Of a DNA stretch of 64,000 bases, positions 30,246 to 39,249 are shown piece by piece. The DNA is taken from positions 4,758-68,757 of the forward strand of contig JAQWOR010000074.1 in the NCBI GenBank assembly GCA_029245785.1, written 5' to 3'. The notes under the pieces were generated by a model. The model saw only the letters and a list, made by a program, of their open reading frames with translations. It searched no databases and had not been told where the DNA came from. The DNA is from Polaribacter sp. (GTDB taxonomy: Bacteria; Bacteroidota; Bacteroidia; Flavobacteriales; Flavobacteriaceae). Positions within the stretch are counted from its first letter, which is position 1. Each line of letters opens with the position of its first letter. The translations under genes were made by a program, and so were the position numbers.

Positions 30246-31379
30246 AAACAATTCACTTGCCAAACCGTCTGCCAAGAATTTTCCTTTTGAGGTTGTTTTT
30301 AGATGTTGACGCTGCTCAGTGGTGTTTTTTTCTATTAGCAACAATCCTTGTTTGATAAACTTCTCTGCAGATGCTACCAATTGCTCTCTACACTTTATAC
30401 CAAATTCTTGTTCAACCCGGTTTAATGAAATACCCCAAATAGTTCGCAAACCTGTCATGACATACTCATTAAAGCGATCCTTTAGTGTCAACTCTTCTGT
30501 TTCACTTGGTAGTGTGTTTTCTTGAAGCGCCTTAATGTATATTGTATTGTTAGCAACATTCCAGCTTCGATGTGTTTTATTGAATGAGTGTGCTGATGGA
30601 CCAATTCCTAGATATGTTTTACTCAACCAATAACTGGTATTATGTTTCGAAAAATAAGTAGGTTTTCCGAAATTAGAAATTTCATATTGAACAAACCCTT
30701 GTTTTTCAGTTTCTGAAACCAAAATATCAAAATGCTCACGAGCAAGTTCTTCATCTACATTTGGATATTTTCCTTGTTTGATAAATGATGCCAATGCTGT
30801 TTTTGGTTCTACTGTCAAAGCATAACTAGAAATATGATTTACTCCAAAACCAAAGGCGATCTGTAAATTTTCTTTCCAGCGTTTGTTGCTCATGTTCGGA
30901 ATTCCATACATTAAATCGATTGTAATATTATCAAAATGGCGAGTCGCCATTGACAAGCAATTTTTCGCTTCATCAGAAGAATGAGCACGGTGCATCTTTT
31001 GTAAATCTTCTTCAAAAAAAGACTGAATTCCAATGCTTAACCGATTAATTGGACTTTTAGATAATTGGAGTATTAGATGTTCAGACAAATCATCTGGATT
31101 GGCTTCTAAGGTAATTTCTGGGCTTTCTGAAACTTGGTAGTTTTTATAAATTGTATCTAACAATCGTTGTAACTCATCAATTGTTAATAAAGAAGGAGTG
31201 CCTCCTCCAAAATAAATGGTTTCTACAACTTCACTTTCTAATTCTCGATTGCGAATTTCGAGCTCTTTAACCATCGCAGCAATCATTTTTTCTTTCTTTT
31301 TTAGTGACGTAGAAAAATGAAAGTCGCAATAATGACAGGCTTGTTTGCAAAATGGGATATGTAGATAAATTCCGGACAT
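30234..31379 (-). CDS. hemW: Radical SAM heme chaperone HemW
   Basis: YLHIPFCKQACHYCDF (CxxxCxxC), FGGGTPS, YEISNF, GIGPSAHS. Confidence 0.92.
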   Translation of the reverse strand: MSGIYLHIPFCKQACHYCDFHFSTSLKKKEKMIAAMVKELEIRNRELESEVVETIYFGGGTPSLLTIDELQRLLDTIYKNYQVSESPEITLEANPDDLSEHLILQLSKSPINRLSIGIQSFFEEDLQKMHRAHSSDEAKNCLSMATRHFDNITIDLMYGIPNMSNKRWKENLQIAFGFGVNHISSYALTVEPKTALASFIKQGKYPNVDEELAREHFDILVSETEKQGFVQYEISNFGKPTYFSKHNTSYWLSKTYLGIGPSAHSFNKTHRSWNVANNTIYIKALQENTLPSETEELTLKDRFNEYVMTGLRTIWGISLNRVEQEFGIKCREQLVASAEKFIKQGLLLIEKNTTEQRQHLKTTSKGKFLADGLASELFILN

Positions 31380-31470
31380 AGTTCAGTTATCGGTGATCAA
31401 TAAACAATTATCAGTGATCAACTAGAGGCAATCAAGTATTGATTCTAGATCTTTTTAAAATTGTTTATTG

Positions 31471-32022
31471 TTACTTAATTTTTTTAGGATTATCTTTTAC
31501 AAATGCTGCCCAACCTGTATAATTTTTACCTCCAACCACTTTTCCTGCATTGTAGAAATGGCAAACTGCTGCTGCCAATCCATCTGTTGCATCAAGGTTT
31601 TTAGGCAAGGTCTTTAGGTTTAACAATGATTTTAACATCAATGCCACTTGTTCTTTACTCGCATTTCCATTTCCTGTAATTGCCATTTTAATTTTCTTTG
31701 GCAAATATTCTGTAATCGGAATTTCACGAGACAAGCCTGCTGCCATTGCAACTCCTTGTGCTCGCCCAAGCTTTAGCATAGATTGTACATTTTTACCAAA
31801 AAAAGGGGCTTCAATGGCAATTTCATCAGGGTGATAAGTGTCAATCAATTCAATCGTTCGTTCAAAAATTAGTTTCAGTTTTAGATAGTGGTCGTCGTAT
31901 TTTTTTAATAACAATTCATTCATCTGAATAAATTCCATGTTTTTTCCAACTACTTTGATCAAACCAAAACCCATAATTGTGGTTCCAGGATCAATACCTA
32001 ATATAATTTTTTCTGCTTTCAC
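31471..32022 (-). CDS. ruvC: Holliday junction resolvase RuvC
   Basis: [37 protein letters not shown]. Confidence 0.95.
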   Translation of the reverse strand: MKAEKIILGIDPGTTIMGFGLIKVVGKNMEFIQMNELLLKKYDDHYLKLKLIFERTIELIDTYHPDEIAIEAPFFGKNVQSMLKLGRAQGVAMAAGLSREIPITEYLPKKIKMAITGNGNASKEQVALMLKSLLNLKTLPKNLDATDGLAAAVCHFYNAGKVVGGKNYTGWAAFVKDNPKKIK

Positions 32023-32029
32023 TTAAATT

Positions 32030-32161
32030 CTATTGAAAAAACTTGGTAATAAAAGATTCTGTATTCATCCACAAATACACAATGATAATCAATAAAGCTA
32101 CCAAGATAATTCCTCTTTTAGGATTTGATTTTTTACGCTCTCTAATTTTTCTGAATTTCAT
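32030..32161 (-). CDS. 43-aa small single-pass membrane protein; below the ORF-track cutoff
   Basis: MKFRKIRERKKSNPKRGIILVALLIIIVYLWMNTESFITKFFQ*; stop 7 nt before the ruvC start. Confidence 0.6.
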   Translation of the reverse strand: MKFRKIRERKKSNPKRGIILVALLIIIVYLWMNTESFITKFFQ

Positions 32162-32184
32162 ACTATTTAAATTTTAATTGTGAC

Positions 32185-32283
32185 TAACATTTAGCTCCGC
32201 TGAATATTACTCATAACTTTCGTTGCACGTAACATTTAGCTCCGCTGAATATTACTTCATAACTTTCGTTGCACGTAACATTT
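32185..32283. repeat. Tandem duplication of a 45/46-bp unit plus a partial third copy, overlapping the mnmD 3' end
   Basis: TAACATTTAGCTCCGCTGAATATTAC(T)TCATAACTTTCGTTGCACG at 32185-32229 and 32230-32275. Confidence 0.9.
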
Positions 32284-32920
32284 CTCTTTTTCCAGGAGGC
32301 CCAGGCAAACGTTCAACGTCAAAACCAACTTCTTGTAAAGCTCTTCGCACACTCCCTTTGGCCGAATAAGTGACTAAAATACCATTTATTTTTAATGCGT
32401 TAAACATTTTCTCAAAAATTATAGTCGTCCATAAGTGAGGCTGATGCTCTGCACCAAATGCATCAAAATAAACAAGGTCAAACTCATTTTTATCATTAAT
32501 ATCCTGAAAAAATTGCTGTCTTTTATGAAGATGAAAGTTAAATGAAATTTCTTTTTTCTCCTCCCAAGAACACTGATGCATCGTTTCAAATACTGATTTT
32601 TTTTCTACCGCCTTTAACTCAGACACATAGTTTAATTTCAACACTTCTTCTTCAGTAACAGGATAAGCTTCTACCCCCACATAACTAATAACAAGGTTCC
32701 TTTTTTGAGCTTCTAACAAGGTGATAAAACAATTTAAGGCAGTCCCAAAACCAATCTCAAGAATTGAAATTTTTGGTATTAAAACAGCTTCTAATCCATA
32801 CTTGATAAATACGTGATACGCCTCTTGTATTGCGCCGTGTTTAGAATGGTATTGCTCATTCCAATCTGGTAAATGAATGGTGGCAGACCCATCTGAAGTG
32901 ATCCTTATTTCTCTTTTCAA
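32252..32920 (-). CDS. mnmD: tRNA mnm5s2U34 methyltransferase (stand-alone MnmC methyltransferase domain)
   Basis: EQYHSKHGA, ILEIGFGT, YFDAF, GPPGKREM. Confidence 0.9.
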   Translation of the reverse strand: MKREIRITSDGSATIHLPDWNEQYHSKHGAIQEAYHVFIKYGLEAVLIPKISILEIGFGTALNCFITLLEAQKRNLVISYVGVEAYPVTEEEVLKLNYVSELKAVEKKSVFETMHQCSWEEKKEISFNFHLHKRQQFFQDINDKNEFDLVYFDAFGAEHQPHLWTTIIFEKMFNALKINGILVTYSAKGSVRRALQEVGFDVERLPGPPGKREMLRATKVMK

Positions 32921-33099
32921 AATTGCAGGTTATTTATGCATTAACTCATTCGCCTTAAGACAACAAGCAAAACTCTTCGTGAGAATTTTATCAAAAAATT
33001 CTTTACAAATGTATGGATTTAAACAATAAAACCAAGTCTTTCCTATAGAAACAGATTAATAAATTACGTACCTTTGTAGTCTCTAAAACAAGAATTGAA

Positions 33100-34155
33100 A
33101 TGAGCTCAAACATTCAAATAGAATTGATACAAAAATCTAATATTGACAATGTAGATTTTAATAATTTATCTTTTGGCAGCGTGTTTTCAGACCATATGCT
33201 TGTCTGTGATTATGTAGATGGAAAATGGCAATCACCAACAATATTGCCCTATGCTCCAATACAATTAGACCCTTCTGCTAAGATTTTTCATTATGGTCAA
33301 TCCATTTTTGAAGGAATGAAAGCCTACAAAGACACAGACAATAACATCTTACTATTTAGACCATTAGACAATTGCAAGAGATTGAACAAATCTGCTAAAC
33401 GTTTAGTAATTCCTACTTTTCCTGAAGATGTTTTTATGGATGGACTAAAGGAATTGTTAAAAATTGACAGTGCTTGGATTCCAAAAAACGAAGGAAGCTC
33501 TTTATATATCAGGCCTTTTATTTTTGCTTCTGGCGAAGGTTTTCATGCATCTCCCGCAGATGAATACAAATTAATCATTGCTACCGCTCCTTCTGGCGCA
33601 TACTTTTCTGGGAAAGTGAAGGTTTTGATTGAAGAAAAATATGCCCGTGCAGCAAATGGAGGTGTTGGCTTTGCAAAAGCTGGTGGTAATTATGCTGCAC
33701 AATTTTACCCAACGCAATTGGCCATTGAAAAAGGATACAATCAAGTGATTTGGACAGATGATAATACACACGAGTATATTGAAGAAGCTGGTGCCATGAA
33801 TATCTTTATCAGAATTAATGACACCTTAATTACAAGTCCGACTAGTGACCGAATTTTAGATGGAATTACCCGAAAAAGCATTTTACAAATTGCCGAAGAT
33901 GAAAACATCGCTATAGAAGTACGAAAAATTACGGTAAGTGAAGTTGTTGAAGCTGCTAAAAACAGAAGCTTAAAGGAAATGTTTGGAGCAGGAACTGCTG
34001 CTGTAATTTCTCCAATTGCTGGTTTTGGTTATCAAAATACAGATTATGACTTGCCTGAGCTTAAAAGTAGTTACGCTTCTTTATTAAAAAAACGCATCAC
34101 AGATATACAAACAAACAAAGCTCCAGATCCTTACGGATGGAGAGTTCTTGTTTAA
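33100..34155 (+). CDS. ilvE: Branched-chain amino acid aminotransferase
   Basis: HYGQSIFEGMKAY, YIRPF, AKAGGNYA (PLP Lys), EEAGAMN, ILDGITR; TACCTTTG promoter element at 33069-33076. Confidence 0.93.
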   Translation: MSSNIQIELIQKSNIDNVDFNNLSFGSVFSDHMLVCDYVDGKWQSPTILPYAPIQLDPSAKIFHYGQSIFEGMKAYKDTDNNILLFRPLDNCKRLNKSAKRLVIPTFPEDVFMDGLKELLKIDSAWIPKNEGSSLYIRPFIFASGEGFHASPADEYKLIIATAPSGAYFSGKVKVLIEEKYARAANGGVGFAKAGGNYAAQFYPTQLAIEKGYNQVIWTDDNTHEYIEEAGAMNIFIRINDTLITSPTSDRILDGITRKSILQIAEDENIAIEVRKITVSEVVEAAKNRSLKEMFGAGTAAVISPIAGFGYQNTDYDLPELKSSYASLLKKRITDIQTNKAPDPYGWRVLV

Positions 34156-34176
34156 ACAGCACTTCTTTATAATTTC

Positions 34177-34210
34177 AAAAAGCACCTGTTTTAAAATTGG
34201 TGCTTTTTTT
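34177..34210 (+). terminator. Intrinsic terminator after ilvE
   Basis: AAAAAGCACC...GGTGCTTTTT stem followed by a T-run. Confidence 0.7.
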
Positions 34211-34238
34211 TGTAGTTTTAGAGAATAAAACAACAACC

Positions 34239-35192
34239 ATGAAGCCCTTATTTTTCTTTTCTTTTTTGTTCATTATTTGTACCGGTTGCCAACAGAACAG
34301 CACACAAAAAATCGACAAACACACCACTGCATTTAAGCAATATATTACTGTATTAGGAATTGCGCAAGACGGCGGCTACCCTCATATTGGCTGTCAGAAA
34401 GAATGTTGCAAGAACTATTACAATGGAAAAAACCCAGCAAAAAAAGTAGTTTCATTAGGCTTGATAGATCTTGAAAACACTCAAAAATGGCTATTTGATG
34501 CCACACCAGATATTTCTACTCAATTAGCAGAATTAGAGCAACATCACTTAAAAAAAGAAACGATTATTGATGGTGTTTTCTTAACTCATGCACATATTGG
34601 GCATTATACTGGGCTCATGTATTTTGGAAGAGAAGCCCTTGGAAGAAAAAACACCAAGGTGTTTGCAATGCCTAAAATGAAAACCTTTTTAGAAGAAAAT
34701 GGTCCTTGGAGTCAGTTAATTGACATCCAAAACATCGCTATTAAAAGGCTCCAAAAAGATTCGACCATTGTATTGAATAACCGTTTAAAAGTAACTCCTT
34801 TTGTGGTTCCACATCGCGATGAATTTTCGGAAACTGTTGGTTATACAATTGAGGGACCTAAAAAAACAGCCTTGTTTATTCCAGATATTGACAAGTGGCA
34901 CAAATGGAAGAAAAATATTATTGAAGAAGTAAAAAAGGTAGATATTGCTTTTCTAGACGCCTCTTTCTTGAAAGATGGAGAAATTAACAGACCAATGTCT
35001 GAAATTCCACATCCGTTTACCTCAGAAACCGTTGCCTTATTCAAAAACGAATCTATAGAAACGAAACACAAAGTGATTTTTATTCACTTTAATCATACAA
35101 ACCCTACGTTACAAACGGGCAGTAAAGAAAGAAAGCAAATCGAAAAACTAGGCTTTCAATTTGCTAAAGAAGGTCAAAATTACGAATTATAA
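34239..35192 (+). CDS. PqqB-like metallo-beta-lactamase-fold lipoprotein
   Basis: ATG 34239 gives a signal peptide ending ICTGC; VLGIAQDGGYPH, THAHIGH, VPHRDE, HFNHTNP. Confidence 0.75.
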   Translation: MKPLFFFSFLFIICTGCQQNSTQKIDKHTTAFKQYITVLGIAQDGGYPHIGCQKECCKNYYNGKNPAKKVVSLGLIDLENTQKWLFDATPDISTQLAELEQHHLKKETIIDGVFLTHAHIGHYTGLMYFGREALGRKNTKVFAMPKMKTFLEENGPWSQLIDIQNIAIKRLQKDSTIVLNNRLKVTPFVVPHRDEFSETVGYTIEGPKKTALFIPDIDKWHKWKKNIIEEVKKVDIAFLDASFLKDGEINRPMSEIPHPFTSETVALFKNESIETKHKVIFIHFNHTNPTLQTGSKERKQIEKLGFQFAKEGQNYEL

Positions 35193-35274
35193 TCTTCCTT
35201 TATCTCTAAAATGAGTTTAAAAGGTTCTCAATTCACATTGATAAAATTTTGAAAATTTTTCTTGTACCAATGTC

Positions 35275-35661
35275 TTACTTCTCCAAAATCTCTTTGATGT
35301 GTGGTTTGAAATAGTTAGGCCCTTTTAACACTTTGCCATCTTCGCGGTAAATAGGCTTTCCATCTGCTCCCAGCTTACTCATATTACTCCGCTGTATTTC
35401 ATTGAACACTTCTTCAATTTTATCTTGCATTCCATGTTCTATAATAGTTCCGCATAAAATATAAAGCATATCTCCCAAAGCATCCGCAACCTCAACCAAG
35501 TCGTTGTTTTGTGCAGCTTCAAAATACTCTTCATTTTCTTCTTTCATCAATTCGAAACGAAGCTTATTTCTATCTTCTCCAATATTTGCAGTTGGTAAAT
35601 TATTAATTCCCAATTTAAAGGCAGTGTGAAATTCGTGTACTGCAGCGATTCTTTTTTTCAT
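35275..35661 (-). CDS. MazG-like/PRA-PH nucleoside triphosphate pyrophosphohydrolase
   Basis: EENEEY, EVADALGD, EIQRSNMSK, DGKVLKG. Confidence 0.85.
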   Translation of the reverse strand: MKKRIAAVHEFHTAFKLGINNLPTANIGEDRNKLRFELMKEENEEYFEAAQNNDLVEVADALGDMLYILCGTIIEHGMQDKIEEVFNEIQRSNMSKLGADGKPIYREDGKVLKGPNYFKPHIKEILEK

Positions 35662-35732
35662 GTGACTTGATTTGTTTTCTACTTTTTATGTACCACACCA
35701 AATCATGATACACTATTGACATTAACTATTCT

Positions 35733-36455
35733 TTACATTACTTTCTTTAACAACCTAGCGGGTATCATTTTTAATACAATGGCAATCAAACTCCAACGCT
35801 TAGAAATATAGGCTTTCCGTTTTTTCTTTTTGATGGCAGCATACGTTTGCTTTACGGCTTTATCTAATGATGCCATCCAAAACACATCTGCTCCTAAAGC
35901 CATTGCCGTATCAACAAAACCAGGGCGAATATCTGTAATAAACACTTGCTTAGATTTAATGGTTTTAGTTTTAAAATACAAGCCTTCTAAATATGATTTT
36001 TGATATGCCTTTGACGCAAAATAAGCAGGAGCCCCTCTGTTTCCTCGTAAAGACGCAATGGATGAAATACCTACCAAATGACCAAACTCTTGCTTTCTAA
36101 ACAAGTTGTACGCCAAATCATACACTTTTGTAGCTCCCAACACATTTGTATTGATGGTTTGCACCTCTAAATCCCATTTTAATTTGGTGTTTATAAAACC
36201 ACATCCTGAAGATTGAATAATCAAATCTACACCTCCAAATTCTACCACAATTTCATTAAAAACCTTTTCAACATCTTCTACATCCTGTATGTCATTTTGT
36301 TTAACAAGATATTGGTCTGGACTGCTTGCTTTAAGTTCTTCTAGCTTTTCTAACCTTCTTCCTGTAACGGCTACTTTATAACCGTCATTTACCAACAGTT
36401 TTGCCAATTCTTTTCCAATACCAGATGTTGCTCCAAAAACGATTGCTGTCTTCAT
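35733..36455 (-). CDS. Short-chain dehydrogenase/reductase
   Basis: GATSGIG, SS, YFASK (YxxxK), PGFVDT. Confidence 0.88.
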   Translation of the reverse strand: MKTAIVFGATSGIGKELAKLLVNDGYKVAVTGRRLEKLEELKASSPDQYLVKQNDIQDVEDVEKVFNEIVVEFGGVDLIIQSSGCGFINTKLKWDLEVQTINTNVLGATKVYDLAYNLFRKQEFGHLVGISSIASLRGNRGAPAYFASKAYQKSYLEGLYFKTKTIKSKQVFITDIRPGFVDTAMALGADVFWMASLDKAVKQTYAAIKKKKRKAYISKRWSLIAIVLKMIPARLLKKVM

Positions 36456-36487
36456 TTAATTTGTATTTTTGCTAAAAATACGAATTT

Positions 36488-36679
36488 ATGTTTACTAAAG
36501 GTCAATTAATTTTTGCTGGTTTTTTTATAGTTGCTTTTACATTTTTAATGGCCTGGAGCTATCGAAAAGACATTAAAAATCATAAAATTTATTATAAAAA
36601 CACGGCGTTAAAAGTTGGATTTTGGTTTGTGGTTGCTATTATTTTTTTCAGGCTTATCAACCTATATCTTAAAAGCTAG
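36488..36679 (+). CDS. Small two-helix membrane hypothetical protein
   Basis: 63 aa with two hydrophobic segments; fills the gap between the SDR and tag genes. Confidence 0.6.
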   Translation: MFTKGQLIFAGFFIVAFTFLMAWSYRKDIKNHKIYYKNTALKVGFWFVVAIIFFRLINLYLKS

Positions 36680-37251
36680 CGTACTCCACGCTCTATTTCA
36701 TCATAACAAAAACAATCAATCACATGGTCATTTACCATACCTGTTGCTTGCATAAAAGCATAGATAATTGTTGATCCTACAAATTTAAATCCTCTTTTTT
36801 TCAATGCCTTAGAAATACAGTCTGACAATGCTGTTGTAGCAGGAATGTATTTCATTGCTTTGAACTTGTTGGCAATAGGTTTCCCATCTACAAAAGACCA
36901 AATATAGGTTGAAAACGAACCGAATTCTTTTTGAATTTCTATAAACAACTGGGCATTTTTTATGGCAGATCTAATTTTCAGCTTGTTTCTAACAATCCCC
37001 GCATCCAACAACAAATTATCATATTTTTCTTCTGAGTAATTTGCAATTTTCTGATAATCAAAATTGTCAAATGCTTTTCTGAAATTTTCTCTTTTTTTTA
37101 GAATCGTAATCCAACTTAAACCTGCTTGAAAGCTTTCTAAGAGTAAAAACTCAAACAGGGTCTCATCATCATAAACAGGGGTTCCCCATTCTGTATCGTG
37201 GTATTTTACATACAAAGGATCTTGTCCGGCCCAATCACATCTTTTTTTCAT
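36676..37251 (-). CDS. tag: DNA-3-methyladenine glycosylase I
   Basis: RCDW, YHDTEWG, ESFQAGLSW, FKFVG, NDHVIDC. Confidence 0.93.
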   Translation of the reverse strand: MKKRCDWAGQDPLYVKYHDTEWGTPVYDDETLFEFLLLESFQAGLSWITILKKRENFRKAFDNFDYQKIANYSEEKYDNLLLDAGIVRNKLKIRSAIKNAQLFIEIQKEFGSFSTYIWSFVDGKPIANKFKAMKYIPATTALSDCISKALKKRGFKFVGSTIIYAFMQATGMVNDHVIDCFCYDEIERGVR

Positions 37252-37350
37252 GAATTGCTTTTTAATGAACGAAAATTAATATTAAAACTTGAATGAATCA
37301 ACATTTTTTGGAATAATTTTTGCAGTTTTACTAGTCAAAACTTCTTGATT

Positions 37351-37755
37351 ATGAAACTTTTAAAACAACTACTGCTGCTACTTTCTATTAGTGTACTTGT
37401 TTATGCATGTAGTATATCTCCCATAAAAAACAAGCCTACTAAAGAACAACCTGTTGTCATTGCTAATGATAGCCTTGAATACCAAATCATTATTATTGAT
37501 ATTGGGTTTAACCTGTACTTAAACACCATTGCCAAACCCATGAGTTATTACTCTCAAAGCTATTTAGAAAACAAAAACAATTTTTATGTAACTACTTGGA
37601 ATGAAAGAGCTCGAAACCCAATTAAGTACAACCATAACATTTATGAAAATATTATTGAATACAATTCACATATCAATTACGGACTCGAAGTAAACTATAA
37701 ATTGTATTGGTATTTTAAATTTGCAGAGCAGAAATACAATATGCGTTTGCAGTAA
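37351..37755 (+). CDS. Conserved Bacteroidota lipoprotein (DUF6146-like)
   Basis: Signal peptide ending VYAC; NDSLEYQIIIID...YGLEVNYKLY pattern. Confidence 0.65.
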   Translation: MKLLKQLLLLLSISVLVYACSISPIKNKPTKEQPVVIANDSLEYQIIIIDIGFNLYLNTIAKPMSYYSQSYLENKNNFYVTTWNERARNPIKYNHNIYENIIEYNSHINYGLEVNYKLYWYFKFAEQKYNMRLQ

Positions 37756-37777
37756 ATACTTTGCGAAAAAGAAATAG

Positions 37778-38269
37778 TTATGTTCTTTTTTTGTAGGTCA
37801 AAAAACTATAATCGTACTTGTTATTTTCATCAGATTTACAATCTTCTCTAGCCGTTTCTTCCCATACCTTTAAGTCAATTTCTGGAAAAAACACATCTGC
37901 ATCAAATGCTTTATGCACCAAGGTTATATCTAGTTGATCTACCAAATCTAAAGCCATTGCTTGTTGATAAACCTGTGCGCCTCCAATGATAAAAACCTCT
38001 GTATCTTCTTTGGCAACTTCAATTGCTTTTTCGATAGAATTCACCACCAAACAGCCTTCAAATACATAGTCTTTATTTCTGGTAATGATAACCGCTGTTC
38101 TATTTGGCAATGGTTTTCCAATAGATTCAAACGTATTTCTACCCATTAAGATATGGTGTCCTGAGGTAACTTTTTTAAACCGTTTTAAATCGGCAGGTAA
38201 ATGCCAAATCAAATCGTTGTCTTTACCTAAGGCGTTATTTGTTGCAATGGCTGCTATTAGTGTAATCAT
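37778..38269 (-). CDS. folA: Dihydrofolate reductase
   Basis: LIWHLPADLKRFK, MGRNTFESI, PLPNR, IIGG. Confidence 0.95.
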   Translation of the reverse strand: MITLIAAIATNNALGKDNDLIWHLPADLKRFKKVTSGHHILMGRNTFESIGKPLPNRTAVIITRNKDYVFEGCLVVNSIEKAIEVAKEDTEVFIIGGAQVYQQAMALDLVDQLDITLVHKAFDADVFFPEIDLKVWEETAREDCKSDENNKYDYSFLTYKKRT

Positions 38270-38278
38270 AGGTCTTTT

Positions 38279-39103
38279 TTAAACAGCTACTTTCCCTTTT
38301 ATATGAGGATGCGGATTGTAATCTACCAATTCAAAATCATCAAAAGTAAAGTCAAAAATACTTTGTATGTTCGGATTGATTTTCATTGTTGGTAAGGTTC
38401 TTACTTCTCGAGACAATTGCAATTCTAACTGTTCTTGATGGTTGTTATAAATATGTGCATCTCCAAAAGTGTGAATAAAATCACCTGCTTCATAGCCACA
38501 AACTTGTGCCATCATCATGGTAAACAACGCATAGGATGCTATGTTAAACGGAACTCCTAAAAAAACATCTGCACTTCGTTGATACAACTGACAAGATAAT
38601 TTCCCATCTGCAACATAAAACTGAAAAAAGGCATGACAAGGTGGTAGTGCAGCTTTTCCATTGGCCACATTTTCTGAAAATGAAATAGATGTGTCTGGTA
38701 ACACACTTGGGTTCCATGCAGAAACTAACATTCTTCTACTGTTTGGATTCTTTTTTAAGGTATGGATTACCTCTTTTAATTGGTCAATATCATCACTATT
38801 CCAATTGCGCCATTGATGTCCGTAAACCGGGCCTAAATCTCCATTTTCATCTGCCCAATCATTCCAAATTCGAACACCATTTTCTTGTAAGTAATTGATA
38901 TTTGTATCTCCTTTTATAAACCAAAGTAGTTCATAAATAATTGATTTTAAATGTAGCTTTTTAGTGGTTACCATCGGAAATCCTTTGCTCAAATCAAACC
39001 GCATTTGATAGCCAAAAACGCTTTTTGTTCCTGTTCCTGTTCTGTCTCCTTTTTCGTTCCCGTTTTTTAAAACGTGGTCTACTAAATCTAAATATTGTCT
39101 CAT
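38279..39103 (-). CDS. thyA: Thymidylate synthase
   Basis: [31 protein letters not shown]. Confidence 0.97.
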   Translation of the reverse strand: MRQYLDLVDHVLKNGNEKGDRTGTGTKSVFGYQMRFDLSKGFPMVTTKKLHLKSIIYELLWFIKGDTNINYLQENGVRIWNDWADENGDLGPVYGHQWRNWNSDDIDQLKEVIHTLKKNPNSRRMLVSAWNPSVLPDTSISFSENVANGKAALPPCHAFFQFYVADGKLSCQLYQRSADVFLGVPFNIASYALFTMMMAQVCGYEAGDFIHTFGDAHIYNNHQEQLELQLSREVRTLPTMKINPNIQSIFDFTFDDFELVDYNPHPHIKGKVAV

Positions 39104-39249
39104 ATTCCCTATTCTTTTCTTCTCTAAGGAGAAAAAATTATTTTGTGTAAAAATAGAAAAAGCACGAGCTTTTTTGGCAGGTGCTTTTTAAATACTATGA
39201 AAAGTTATCAACTATTGTGTTTTGTTTTTTGCTTGTCATACACTGCAAG

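Noticed and set aside
31383-31421. Short repeat TTATC(G/A)GTGATCAA x2 between ruvC and hemW
   Set aside because: Too short and low in complexity to support a functional call
32185-32283. Possible mini CRISPR array
   Set aside because: The units are directly adjacent with no unique spacers, overlap a coding end, and there are no cas genes in the window
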